Translations under genes and position numbers: made by a program
Shown: in pieces, positions 11,730 to 23,606 of the stretch
How the letters are laid out: each line of letters opens with the position of its first letter
Position numbering within the stretch: position 1 is the stretch's first letter
Notes under the pieces: model-generated
What the model saw: only the letters and a program-made list of their open reading frames with translations
Database searches by the model: none
What the model was told of the DNA's origin: nothing
Source of the DNA: Centroscyllium fabricii
Taxonomy: Eukaryota
DNA: 64,000 bases
NCBI GenBank assembly: GCA_051313645.2
Contig: JBNRSN020000056.1
Coordinates: 3,782,001-3,846,000, forward strand
Reading direction: 5' to 3'

Positions 11730-12440
11730 AACAGAAAATGTTGGAAACTCAGGCAGAATTCGTAGAGAAAGAGTTGTCGTTTCATGTTGATGACCTTTCG
11801 TCAGAACATCGTCATCGACCTGAAACGTTGACCGTTTCTCTCTCTCTCCACAGAGGCCGCCTGGGACACCTGAAAATGTACTTTACTGTATGCAATTTGC
11901 ATGTAATTTATTTGCACTACTCTCGGGAGCGTCGAGTCTTCGTCTCGTTGTACTGTAATAGTACTCTGCAATGACAATAAAACTTGAATTGAATTGGGAC
12001 AGGGCGGCACGGTGGCATAGTGGTTAGCACTGTTGCCTCACAGCTCTGGAGACCCGGGTTCAAATCCAGCCTCGGGTGACTATCTGTGTGGAGTTTGCAC
12101 ATTCTCCCCGTGTCTGCGTGGGTTTCCTCCGGGTGCTCCGGTTTCCTCCCACAGTCCAAAGATGTGCGGGTTAGGTTGATTGGCCATGATAATTTGACCC
12201 TTGGTGTTAGGGTGATTGAATATGTGGGGTTACGGGGGTAGGGTGGGATAGGGATCGAGGGATATGGGGACAAGGCAGGGACAGGGTACTGGGTTTGGAT
12301 GATCAGCCATGATCTCATTGAATGGGCCGAATGGCCTACTCCTGCTCCTGGTTTCTATGTTTCTATGCCGAGTGATGCCGGCGTTTTCAGTTTCTCCTCT
12401 CAGATTTCCAGCACACCTGCAGTAATTTTTTGCTTTTTGT
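11730..12440. mobile_element. Penelope-like pseudo-LTR remnant (inverted halves) with hammerhead motif, interrupted by a Rex1 tail and an HE1 SINE
   Basis: Minus strand CTGACGA-AAGGTCATCAACAT-GAAAC at about 11779-11804; inverted partner GTCATCGACCTGAAACGTT at 11811. Confidence 0.6.
12002..12367 (+). mobile_element. HE1-like V-SINE with CR1 tail
   Basis: tRNA-like A/B boxes (TGGCATAGTGG, GGTTCAAATCC) and V domain GGAGTTTGCACATTCTCCCCGTGTCTGCGTGGGTTTCCTCCGGG. Further copies at about 13109-13506(-), 15451-15850, 18036-18385, 33880-34192, 35167-35400, 35402-35788(-), 38507-38794(-), 56585-56982, 57337-57645. Confidence 0.9.
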
Positions 12441-12599
12441 GTAAATAAATGGTCCTCCTTTGCCACTGGGTCCACTTGTTCCTTTGCCCTGCCTCCCCCC
12501 CAATGGATGGCAGGCAGGTGTCCTTAAATCTGGCAGCCGCTAATAAACGCCGTCACCAATTGACAGCAACGCAGGTGAGGAGCGGCTTTGAAACAAGGA

Positions 12600-13075
12600 T
12601 TTTTTATTTTTGATGGGATGTGGGCGTTGCTGGCTGGCTAGGCCTGCATTTAGTGCACATCCCTAATCGCCCTTGAGAAGATGGCGATGAGCTGCCTTCT
12701 TGAACCGCTGCAGTCCATATGGTGTAGGTACACCCACAATGTTGCGTAACGGTTGTTTATGACTGACTGGCTTGCTGGGCCATTTCAGAGGGCATTAAGA
12801 GTCAACCACATTGCTGTGGGTCTGGAGTCACATGTAGGCCAGACCGGGTAAGGACAGCAGATTTCCTTCCCTAAAGGACATTAGTGAACCAGATGGGTTT
12901 TTGCAACAATCGACAATGGTATCATGGCCGCCATTACAAGACTAACATTTAATTCCAGAATTAAATTGAATTTAAATTCTACCAGCTGCCATGGTGGGGT
13001 TTGAACCCATATCCTCAAGAGCATTTGACTGAGCCTCTGGCTTACTAGTCTAGTGACATAACCACTATGCCAACG
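12600..13075 (-). mobile_element. tRNA-derived SINE with L2-like LINE tail
   Basis: Reverse complement of the copy at 40030-40500. Tail matches the LINE 3' end at 840-945. Confidence 0.8.
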
Positions 13076-13609
13076 ATTGGGGGAGAAATTTTTGTTGTGC
13101 TGTGGTAACATAGAAACTAGGAGCAGGAGTAGGCCATTCGGCCATTCGAGCCTGCTCCGCCATTCGATGAGATCATGGCTCATCATCCAAACCCAGTGTC
13201 CTGCCCCTGCCCTCTCCCCACATCCCTCGATCCCTATCGAGCCTGCATCGACACATATCCCACCCTATCCCCGTAACCCCACACATTCAATCCCCCTACC
13301 ACTAAGGGTCAATTTATCATGGCCAATCAACCTAACCTGCACATCTTTGGACTGTGGGAGGAAACCGGAGCACCCGGAGGAAACCCACGCAGACACGGGG
13401 AGAATGTGCAAACTCCACACAGATAGTCACCCGAGGCTGGATTTGAACCCGGGTCTCCAGTGCTGTGAGACAACAGTGCTAACCACTGTGCCACTGTGCC
13501 GCCCTAAGTAAGGGACTGTCTAGTGGTTGCGTGGCATTACTGCAACTGGCAACGTCCACTTCAAATGGAGCCCAAATTTGAAAATTGCTTTGCGATTTTA
13601 AAAAAAATA

Positions 13610-14333
13610 CAGGAAACTCTTGTTTAACCAGCACCTAAATATCCGGAATTCTCTATTAACCGGCAAAATTCTCATCCGAAACCACCACCAATAACTGGCA
13701 ATGTTGCCGAGCGAACTGAGTAGCCGGAGCAGGAACGGGACCCACGATGGTGGCGCTGGAGAATAGCTGACGTCTTGCGGGCTCGTGCGTGCCAGGCAGC
13801 TTAATGTCCTTGCTGCGCGGTGCATTCGGATCACAGTAAGCATTTCACTGTCCAGATTGTATTTAGTACATGTGACAATAAACTTGAACTTGAGTCTGAG
13901 TCTCCTGTGGTGGCCGAGTTAATCAATCAGTGGGGGTAGTTCTCCAAACTGCCACAATCCGCCTCTTGGCGGTGTCGGGAGTCGGAACACCTCAATCCCC
14001 CTGGTGCAGGAGTCTGACTCTCCCGCGCTGCCGGTAGCCTCTTCTGATCCGCCATTTTACACGGGTACTGTGTGTCTCCCACGCTGCTGGTAGTCATTGC
14101 ATTGCATGACCCTCAACTGGCAGTACTACACTTCATCAAGCATCTTCCACCATCCATTTAACACAACATTCTGTAGGCGAGTACCCAATTACTGTATACT
14201 GCACATTTCTTCATTTAAAAAAATTTTCTTTGTTAAAAATAGCCTCGGTAGATAACCCTCTCCGTTATCTGTAAATTTTGATAAACCAACAACACGCCGG
14301 ACCCGTTGGGGCCGGATATTGAAGAGTTTCCTG
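13610..14333. mobile_element. Tigger/pogo-like non-autonomous DNA transposon
   Basis: TIR CAGGAAACTCTT / AAGAGTTTCCTG with TA TSD. Carries a short retroposon at 13746-13893. Confidence 0.8.
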
Positions 14334-16139
14334 TATATAGAAGCCAATGGTCAATGCAATGCCCTTCTAGGCCCTGTGTAGTTGAACATTTTTTATTCAA
14401 ACTTACTATGGTTTTGTACAAGACTCCATGAAGAAACTCTCGTCGTCTCTTGCAAATGGTGGAAAAAATGATTTTGTTTTCAAAAGATAAAATACTGGAC
14501 AGATACAGCTCCAAAAAATAACAGTTCTTTATTTTGCCAGTCTACTGGGCTGCTCGGAGTTGCCAACTAACTCGCAAGAAGTTTGAATCTTGCCCGTGAG
14601 CAAAAAAACGCCTGCCCTGCTCCCCGTCAGAATAAAGCATCCTGGCTCCTGTTGACTCTGCAATGACAATAAAACTTGAATTGAATTGAATTGCTCCATG
14701 TAAAGGGTGAAGCAGATATTAACCATTTTCTGAATTAGATGCTCAGTGGCTGCAACAATGCAGTCGGTGGCATGAACCGTCAATGGTTGCTTTCGCTGAA
14801 TGTAATCTCGCAAAATAGGCTTGGATGAAGAAGGTGGCACTTCGCCCCTTCATCTCATTCTTCTACAATGCCGGCCTTACCGCCTTCCTATTACAGCTTT
14901 AGCATCCACCTGAACACAGTGGCTTCAGTTTAATATCTCATCCAAAGCAAAACAGCTGTCCCAAGGGTACACGACCCACAGACCCTCTAAAACCCGGCAT
15001 TATGAAGCGACTCAAGGCAACCTTCCTTGCGTCTGCTGCTGCTGCCTTTTAACTCCCTCCTACATGAAGATCGTCTGATGCCCAGTTGGCTTCAACAACC
15101 CTTAGGTTATCAACTTGTTAATACAGAGCCCAATTCCCGTGAGATAATCTTCACTGAATCATTTTCAAAATACTCAGGAAGGATTTGATGCAGGCCATTG
15201 GAACTGAAGAGCCTGGTTTCTTTCTAGGACAGTGGGAGGTGGTGCGAGGGCTATACCTTGTAAAATGAGATTCTGGCAGCTTGATTGGGTTACTTAAGGT
15301 CGCATCCAACTAATCAGAATAAAACTTCAATCAACTCGAATGTATATTTTGAGCACAAACTGAAGGGTTTTCCACATCAGATTTTGTTACATTGGCACAA
15401 TTCAGGATCACTGTAATAATAGGATTCTGAATACTCTACTCCAATTAAAAGGGCGGCACGGCGGCATAGTGGTTAGCACTGTTGACTCACAGCACTAGAG
15501 CCCCGGGTTCAAATCCGGCCTCGGGTACTATCTGTGTGGCGTTTGCACATTCTCCCCGTGTCTGCGTGGGTTTCCTCCGGGTGCTCCGGTTTCCTCCCAC
15601 AGTCCAAAGATGTGCGGGTTAGGTTGATAGGCCAGGATAAATTGACCCTTAGTGTTAGGGGGATTGAATATGTGGGGTTACGGGGATAGGGTGGGATATG
15701 TGTCGGTGCAGGCTCGATAGGGATCGAGGGATATGGGGACAAGGCAGGGACAGGGTGCTGGGTTTGGATGATCAGCCATGATCTCATTGAATGGCGGAGC
15801 AGGCTCGAAGGGCCGAATGGCCTACTCCTGCTCCTAGTTTCTATGTTTCTAAAACAAAGCACAAACGATTCTGCTGGAGTTTGGATCGTTAGTGCCCACT
15901 GTGCAGCCCAGGGATTATGGGGAGCTCGTCACCCGTCTCGCAAATTGTCACTATTTTACCCGTCATTTGAACTACCGTTGCCTCAATATGGTGACATTTA
16001 TACAAAAACAGGACTCAGTTGTACTCCATTCTAATGCAAAACGAAGTACGTACAGCCAGCTCACATAAAGAACTGGCTCACTCCGGTTCTCAGTGAGTGA
16101 GCTGATGCACATGACTGACTGAGCTCACAAAACAAGCCA

Positions 16140-16720
16140 CAGTTGTACAGGGCCTTGGTGAGACCACACCTTGGGTGCTGTGTGCAGTTTTGGTCTCCTT
16201 ACCTAAGGATATACTTGCCATAGAGGGAGTGCAGCGAAGGTTCACCAGACTGATTCCTGGGATGGCAGGACTGTCGTATGAGGAGAGATTGGGTCAACTA
16301 GGCCTGTATTCATTGGAGTTTAGAAGAATGAGAGGGGATCGCAGTGAAACGTATAAAATTCTGACAGCACTCGACAGACTGGGATGCAGGAAGGATGTTT
16401 CCCCTGGCTGGGGGGGCGAGAACGAGGGATCAGTGTCTCAGGATACGGTGTAGGACATTTAGGACTGAGATGAGGAGAAATTTCTTCACTCAGAGGGCGG
16501 TGAACCTGTGGAATTCTCTACCCCAGAAGGCTGTGGAGGCCAAGTCACTGAATATATTTAAGAAGGAGATCGATAGATTTCTAGACACTAAAAGGCATCA
16601 AGGGGTATGGGGAGAGAGCGGGAATATGGTATTGAGATAGAGGATCAGCCATGATCATATTGAATGGCGGAGCAGGCTCGAAGGGCCGAATGGCCGACTC
16701 CTGCTCCTATTTTTCTATGT
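16140..16720 (+). mobile_element. CR1 LINE 3' fragment
   Basis: ORF2 C-terminal motifs with frameshifts, plus tail. Confidence 0.9.
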
Positions 16721-16758
16721 ATCTAAGCTCAGAATAGATGATTCTTTAAAACACACTA

Positions 16759-17117
16759 CAGGTACACAGCCCCTTATCCGCAACTCCAAAAAACCGAAAA
16801 GCTCCAAAAACCGAAATCCCGAGTTGCGCCAAAATAACCATTTTTTTCTTAAATAAATTGAAGGAAGTGACCAGCTGCAGCAGAAAAAAGATGTTTTTAC
16901 CTCAAGTTCGTGCTGGTGATGCCGTGCTGAGGAAATAAACGGCCGATATGCCGTTCCAAACGGCCGATATGCCGTTCCCCGACTGCGAACTGGGCCACAA
17001 ACATGGCAATGCACATGTGATCTGCGCATGCACACTGGGCCAACTTAAGATCCGAAAAATCGCCAAAACCGAGACCAGCCCGGTCCCGAGGTTTTCTGAT
17101 AAAGGGTTGTGTACCTG
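16759..17117. mobile_element. Tigger-like MITE
   Basis: TIR CAGGTACACA..CCCTTATC / GATAAAGGGTTGTGTACCTG with TA TSD. Confidence 0.85.
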
Positions 17118-17196
17118 TAGTTAGAAGTTTACCTCTTCCAGTTTTTTTTTGTTTTTTTTTAAAAAGGAGATATAGAGATAGATAGATATATACACA

Positions 17197-17615
17197 CAGG
17201 TACACAATCCTTTATTCGCTACTCCGAAAACCTCCAAAAACCGAAATTACAAATGACCCGAGCTGCGCGCGAAATATGACCCGGCGCTCAGGCCACGACG
17301 GCCCCGATGCTCCCGGCCACGCAGGCCCCGATGCTCCCGGCACCCGACGACCTCTATGCTCCCGGCACCCGACGGCCCCGATGCTCCCGGCACCCGACGA
17401 CCTCTATGCTCCCGGCACCCGGCCGCTGCTCTCCGATATTTTTACAAATAAACTTTACTAGAGTATTTATAAACTGCTTATAGTCTTTATTTAGCGCACT
17501 TTTTGTGAATATTCACAAAGTTCATGCAGAAATATTAATGCGACCATTCCGAAAACCGAAAATATCCAAAATCCGCTAACCGTCCGGTCCCAAGGTTTTC
17601 AGATAAAGGATTGTG
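17197..17615. mobile_element. Tigger-like MITE with internal ~21-bp GC tandem array
   Basis: Left TIR CAGGTACACAATCC; right TIR runs into a (TA)n/(GA)n tract; repeats of ATGCTCCCGGCACCCGACG at 17280-17420. Confidence 0.75.
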
Positions 17616-17637
17616 ATATATATACATATATATAAAT

Positions 17638-17676
<39 letters not shown>

Positions 17677-17750
17677 AGAGTGCGTGAGACAGAGAGAGGT
17701 GGATATATATCTATCTATATTTATATATCTATATCTATATATAAATAAAT
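17616..17750. repeat. (TA)n/(GA)n microsatellite
   Basis: Directly visible. Confidence 0.9.
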
Positions 17751-17870
17751 AAAGAGAAAATTTAAACTGTCATTGTCCCTACTTACCCTGTCCTTCCAGA
17801 TATAGATTAGGATTTAACACAGCTCCCCTGCTCCCCTTTACTAGGAACAAGGCCAGTTTAAATTCAACTA

Positions 17871-18579
17871 CAGGTTCACAATCCCTTATCCGAAACCCTT
17901 GGGGCCAGATGTGTTTCGCAATTTGGAATTTTTCGGATTTCAGAACGGTCGGGGTATCTGCAGCTCTTTTTGACATTTTCACAGTGAAATTAAACTCAAA
18001 AATCACAAAATAACAAAAAATATCAGAGAGCAGCAGAAGCACGGTGGCATAGTGGTTAGCACTGTTGCCTCACAGCGCTCGGGGCCCGTGTTCAAATCCA
18101 GCCTCGGGTACTATCTGTGTGGAGTTTGCACATTCTCCCCGTGTCTGTGTGGGTTTCCTCCGGGTGCTCCGGTTTCCTCCCACAGTCCAAAGATGTGCGG
18201 GGTAGGTTGATTGGCCAGGATAAATTGACCCTTAGTGTTAGGGAGATTAAATATGTGGGGTTATGGGGATAGGGTGGGAATATGTGGGGTTACGGGGATA
18301 GGGTGGGATATGTGTCGGTACAGGCTCGATGGGCCAAAATGGCCTCTATCTGCACTGTAGGGATTCTATGATTCTATGATTCTAAGCACGTGTGACTGGC
18401 AGCAGTGCTGAGACACAACTGACGCCTCACACTTGCGTGGGTCAAGGGTCGGCCGCTTCGGGTCATGTTTGGCGCAGCTCAGGTCATGTCGTGCACACGA
18501 GTGACGCTCCACGAAAAAACAAACATTCGGTATTGAGCTTTTCGAATTTCGGAATTGCGGATAAGGGGTTGTGGACCTG
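17871..18579 (-). mobile_element. Tigger4/MER46-like deletion derivative with nested HE1 SINE
   Basis: TIR CAGGTTCACAATCCCTTATCCG / CGGATAAGGGGTTGTGGACCTG, TA TSD, remnant peptide MSKRAADTP on minus. The SINE is flanked by AAGCACG direct repeats. Confidence 0.8.
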
Positions 18580-18705
18580 TACTCCCCTTCCTTACACATT
18601 GGTCTTTTGGATGAGATGTTAAACTGAGACCCTATGTGCCTAGTTGGGTGGATCCCACAGCAACAAGAGCGTGGAGTTCTCCTGGTGTCCTAGCCAATAT
18701 GTCTC

Positions 18706-18992
18706 ATAAGAACATAAGAAATAGGAGCAGGAGTCGGCCAATCGGCCCCTCGAGCCTGCTCCGCCATTCAACAAGATCATGGCTGATCTGATCCTAACCT
18801 CAATTTTATCTTTACTCTCCATCCCGCCCGAACCCATGTGATCACCCGGGAGAGGCGACAAACCAGATAAAAAACCCAGTGGCCAATTTGGGAGAAATAA
18901 ATCTGGGAAATTCCTCTCTGACCCATCGAGGTGATCGAAAACTGGTCCAGGAGATCACATGGCCGATCTGAACCTAGCCTCGCGTCCACTTC
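18706..18992 (-). mobile_element. CR1 3' end with extended structured 3' UTR, inserted in a DeuSINE remnant (about 18590-19190)
   Basis: Homologous to 39645-40015; CR1 tail CTCCTATTTCTTATGTTCTTATG. Confidence 0.7.
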
Positions 18993-20405
18993 AACCAACA
19001 CCACCAAAGACAGCTCACCTATTACTTATTTATTTGCGGTTTGCGGGACCTTGCTGTGCGCAAGTTGGCTCCCACATAGGCCGACATAATTACAGTGACT
19101 ACACTTCAAAAGGTAATCCATCGGTTGAAAAGCGCTTTGGAACATCCTCAGGACATGATAAGGTGCTTATATAAGTACAAGTTCTTTCTCTGGTATGTTA
19201 ATCTCAAATGTAATTTTCCAACAGAAATTAAAAAATATGTAAGCATCTTCCTACAAATAGCATTGCAACGTGGAGCCACACGATAAACGGCAGAACACCA
19301 TGATCAGTGATTTGCGTCAGAATTTGAATTAAAACTCGACTTTCATTTGTTTAACCAAAGGAAATGAGCAATTACAGCACCCAAAGCTTCCCACTAAAAT
19401 CAGTGTTCGCCCAGCCTCCGCCCCCCCGCCCTCTTCCTCACGTATAAAAGGAAACTCAAAATTCACATTCGATGAGGGGGCTCAGCATTGATTGTTCGGT
19501 TCTGTGGGAATTGTGGCCTGTTTTTTTTTTTTAATTGCAGATACGGTGACATTTTCAGCTAAAATGCAGGCGTTAACTCTCCAGAATAAAGTGTGCACCG
19601 CAAACTTTGCGTTGAAACAGACGGATCTTTTGTTACAGTATAAACACAGCGGAGCTTTCAGTGCAGACCATTTCGGGGACCGAGCTGGTCTCGACCACAG
19701 CTTTCCTCGCTCGTTCCCCTCACCCTTTCAAATTATCGATGTTACCCAGAAGGCGGCGGCTGACAATTTCTCCACGGATTGTATCGGAGCCGTGCTCCAC
19801 CCTGGTCCTTACCCACAGTCTACGGGACGTCCTTGACTTACGGATTGCGGGAGTCTGCTGTTGGCGCTAAGTACGCAGGGGACACAACCACCCCCACCCC
19901 CCAAATTTTTTTTAGTTATGAACGCGATCGATTTGGTGGGGTCGTCTTAACTGAAATGAACCACAATATCTATGAAGGGCGCCGTTACCTGTAACATACA
20001 ATATCATGAAACATTTCCTGCATTACTTTTTTTTTTAAATAAAAAGAGAATTCCCTTCAAAAAAGGAAACATTCAGTTGCAACTGGCCAAGAAAACCATG
20101 TTGTTCCTACATCAAAAGTGTTAGCTTGATAGAGTGGCCACCATGTTGCCATCTTTCACGACCATATATTTTAAGCTTAGTGGATCACTGACCACTGTGA
20201 ACCAAGATGATTTTAGCCACCACCTGTGTGACTTAATACTAATCCCACGTTCTATGGCATAATATTGTTTCTTAATAGCCAGCATTGTTCAATAAGTTAA
20301 AGCAGGCGAGCAGACGTTATTGGTCAAAGACTTCCAACTTTAGGGGATACTGGAGGAGCCAAGTAGCACTCAAGCTGTTCAATTTTCAAAATTCGATCTC
20401 TCTCT

Positions 20406-21139
20406 TCATTTTCTTTGCTCCGTTTCTTGCTGGAAACAGCACCTTGGTGCCTCCCTGTTCTGCAACCTCTCGTCTTTGCCCTCCTGTGCTCCTTCCGTGA
20501 GCCCCCTGTCCAGAAGCAAATGGCAGCGCTTGTCCCGATCTTCCTGCATTTCCTGCTGGGTGAACTGCCTCATTGCTTCCCAAATCCGACACAGCACGTC
20601 TTCCTTTTCCCCCTCGTTCTTCTGCTGGCGCCGGCTCTTGATCCCCTCCCAGTTTTTCCGCAGCCGCTTTTTCCGCTGCTCCTCCGTTTCCTGCTCGCGG
20701 CGCCGCTTGATCCCGTCCCAGTTCCGCCGCAGCCGCAGCTCCCGCTCTTCCTCGGTCTCCTCCTGCCGCCGGACTTTGGTCGACTCCCAGTTTTTCCGCA
20801 GCCTCTCCTCCCGTTGCTGCTGCGACTCCTGCTGCCGCCGGCTCTTGATCGACACCCGGTTCCTGCGCAGCCGCTCGTCCCGCTGCGCCTCCGTCTCCAT
20901 TTCGCGGAACCGCTTCATGGCATCGCGGTTCTTGCGCAGGCGGTCGTCGCGCTGCTCGTCCGATTCCGTCTGCCGGCGCACCCTCATCGCTTCTCGGTTT
21001 TTGCGCAGTCGGTCTTCCCTCTGCTCTGCTGTCTCCTCTTCCCGGTGCTTCTTCATAGCTTCCCTGTTCTTCCGGAGTTTCTCCTCCTTCTTCAGGTCCA
21101 CAGCCTGTTTCTCTGCCAAAAGCTCCCCAATCACTGGAT
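20406..21139 (-). CDS. Terminal coding exon encoding 23-aa STPR-like repeats (putative DNA-binding helical repeat protein)
   Basis: Strong acceptor (poly-T GAAG| at 21140), about 244 open codons to TGA, about 7 good repeats of (E/Q)ETxEQRxxRLRKNxExxKxRRQ that are diverged at DNA level, followed by unique AT-rich UTR-like sequence. Confidence 0.8.
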
Positions 21140-21323
21140 CTTCAAAAAAAAAAGGAAAAACACAACCAAGAGTTTTTAAAAACGGTAGCTTGGAGACAGA
21201 CGTTGATGTTTTACATAAGAGTTTTCGAACCACAATGTAATGCTGTTGTTTGTTAGCTCAAACACAAAGACACAATCGGGTAATAACTTTTTTTTTTTAA
21301 ATGAATTTAATAAGGGACTAGTA

Positions 21324-22113
21324 CAGGTGATTATTTCTTTATCCGAAATCTGAAAAGCTCCGATAACCGAAAGTTTTTTCGGAAGCGTCACGTGACCCGA
21401 GTTGCGCCAAACATGACCCATTTTGGACTAGAAGCGGTGCTTAGAGTATAAGGTAATACAGGTGGAAGTTCGTTAATCCGGCACGGGCGGGACCAGGCCC
21501 GTACCAGACAAGTGAAAATCCCGAACGATTGAAGTTTCGGCGAGCGCATGCGCAGACCATTCAAAACGGCCGCCGCGAAAGGCCGGCGGCCATTTTGAGT
21601 GGTCTGTGCATGCTCTGATCGTTCGGGGAGAACGCCGGCTCGGGGAGGTTCGCAGCGGCCAGGCTCGGGATCGGCTCAGCCATTGTGAATGATCTGCGCA
21701 TGCGCTCACCATTCGCCGGCGCATGCGCAGATCATTCGCCGAAGCATCGATCGCGGTGGCCATTTTGCACATGCGCAGGGCAGTCGGGAAAATTATTGCC
21801 GGACGTTCGAAGTTGCCGGTTTTTCGGGTACCGGATTAACGAACTTCAACCTGTAACCCTAAAGCTAATTCGGGGCCCGAGGCCTACACCGGATGTTTAT
21901 GAAGCCTCCCAGCCCACCCGCGATTCCAATTCCCCCACGATCCCACAATCTCCTACCGCCTCCCGGGAGCGTCTCCTCCGTTGCAAACCACCGCCAACAC
22001 GGCAGTGCGCATGCTCAGAGCGCCGTTCCGCGCCTGCGCACTAGGTACCGTTCCGAAACCCGAAAAATCCTGAAATCCGAAACCCATCTGGCCCCTAAGG
22101 GATTGTGGACATG
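21324..22113. mobile_element. Tigger-like MITE containing a second MITE (21459-21853)
   Basis: Inner element TIR CAGGTGGAAGTTCGTTAATCCGG / CCGGATTAACGAACTTCAACCTG with TA TSD. Outer termini are degenerate (CAGGT... / ...GTGGACATG-TA). Confidence 0.8.
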
Positions 22114-22465
22114 TACCACCCTTATTTTAAAGATTGGACTGCAGGAGCAAGATGGAGACGCAGTATGCAGGTGAAGAGGGTCGCTCACTAAAGTTCCATG
22201 CTGCAAGTTATTAGAACATGGGGCCACCTCCACAATTTCCCCCATTTGTCGGTTTTTTTGTCAATGGTTTCGGAGACGGAACATGACAAGGAGAGGCTCA
22301 TCGTTTGTCCATAACCGCATGGGGAAAAAAATACAGGATGCGGGCACTCGTATATCGGAGGCAGTCACTCAGAGCGGTTATGAAAGCACCTCCGAGTGGC
22401 CAGTTCAAGGACAGCGTTGGCAGAAACAGGATACGAACTTGCCTCCACAGCTAGGAGGTCGTTGC

Positions 22466-22600
22466 ACTTCACCTGGGGAAGGAGCTGTGCTCCGAAAGCT
22501 TGTGATTTCAAATAAAACTGTTGGACTGTAACCTGGTGTTGTGTGAATGCTTACAATTGTCCACCCCAGTCCAACACCGGCACCTCCACATCATGAAAAA
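22466..22600 (+). mobile_element. Penelope-like pseudo-LTR fragment with degenerate hammerhead
   Basis: CTGGGGA-AGGAGCTGTGCTCC-GAAAGCT followed by AATAAA; matches 48325-48430. Confidence 0.75.
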
Positions 22601-23026
22601 AATCTAAACAGAGCAAAAATAATAATAGCGAGAAAAACAAAAGCATTTGGTTTAAAAAAAATTAATTCATTCATGGGTTGTGGGCGTCGCTGGTAAGGTC
22701 CAGCATTTATTGCCCATCCCCAATTGCCCTCGAGCAAGTGCCGGTGAGCAGCGCTCGTTTTAAGCTGTGCGGCGGTCCCCGCGCAGCCCACTCACTGGCT
22801 GTTAAGTGGATAAACCGCGCCAGCGTGGAATTTTGAGCGGGCCCCCCCCAAAGGTTTAGGGGGAACACTGGTGGTGAGCCACCTTCTTGAACCGCTGCAG
22901 TCCATGTGGTGAAGGTGCTCCCACAGTGCTGTTGGGGAGGGATCCCAGGATTTTGACCCAGAGACCATGAAGGAAGTTAAAGTGAGCAGTTTCTTTCCAC
23001 ATCCTATTACTATTTATCTAATGATA

Positions 23027-23606
23027 CAGATTGAGCACCGGTAATCCGGCACCCTCGGGACCATTGAAAATTCTGAACCACTGAAGGTTCGGGTAGAACA
23101 CTCCCCGGGGCCAGCGGGTGAAACACTCCCCGGGGCCCGGAGCGCGCAGGTAGAACACTCCCCAGGGCCCGGAGCACGCGGGTAGAACACTCCCCGGGGC
23201 CCGGAGCGCACGGGTAGAACACTCCCCAGGGCCCGGAGCGCGCGGGTAGAACACTCCCCGGGGCCCGGAGCGCGCGGGTAGAACACTTCCCGGGGCCCGG
23301 AGCACACGGGTAGAACACTCGCCGGGGCCTGGAGCGCGCGGGTAGAACACTCCCCGGGGCCCGGAGCGCGTGGATAGAACACTCCCCGGGGCCCGGGTAG
23401 AACACTCCCTGGGAGGGAGCCCGGGGATAGAACACTAAAAAGCAGAAACCCAAACGCCCAATGCCTTTGGCGCTCGCCCACACTTCGCGGGAAACGGTGA
23501 CGCCGCCGAGTGGCTGCTCCGCAAACTGAAGACCGCCGGTTTCAATTCGTGCCGAACCACTGATGGTGCCAGACCATCGGGTGCCGGATTACCGATGCTC
23601 AACCTG
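23027..23606. mobile_element. Tigger4/MER46-like MITE with 32-bp tandem array (23091-23435)
   Basis: TIR CAGATTGAGCACCGGTAATCCGGCAC / GTGCCGGATTACCGATGCTCAACCTG, TA TSD, about 10 copies of GGGTAGAACACTCCCCGGGGCCCGGAGCGCGC. Confidence 0.9.

Noticed and set aside
14340-15450. Unique sequence with isolated splice-like sites
   Set aside because: No consistent open frame or recognisable protein.
20415-21240. Two 254-aa plus-strand ORFs
   Set aside because: Antisense shadows of the purine-rich STPR exon; no independent splice or homology support.
23010-23483. Three overlapping minus ORFs or a CRISPR-like array
   Set aside because: Pure 32-bp tandem repeat with no unique spacers, inside a MITE in eukaryotic DNA.
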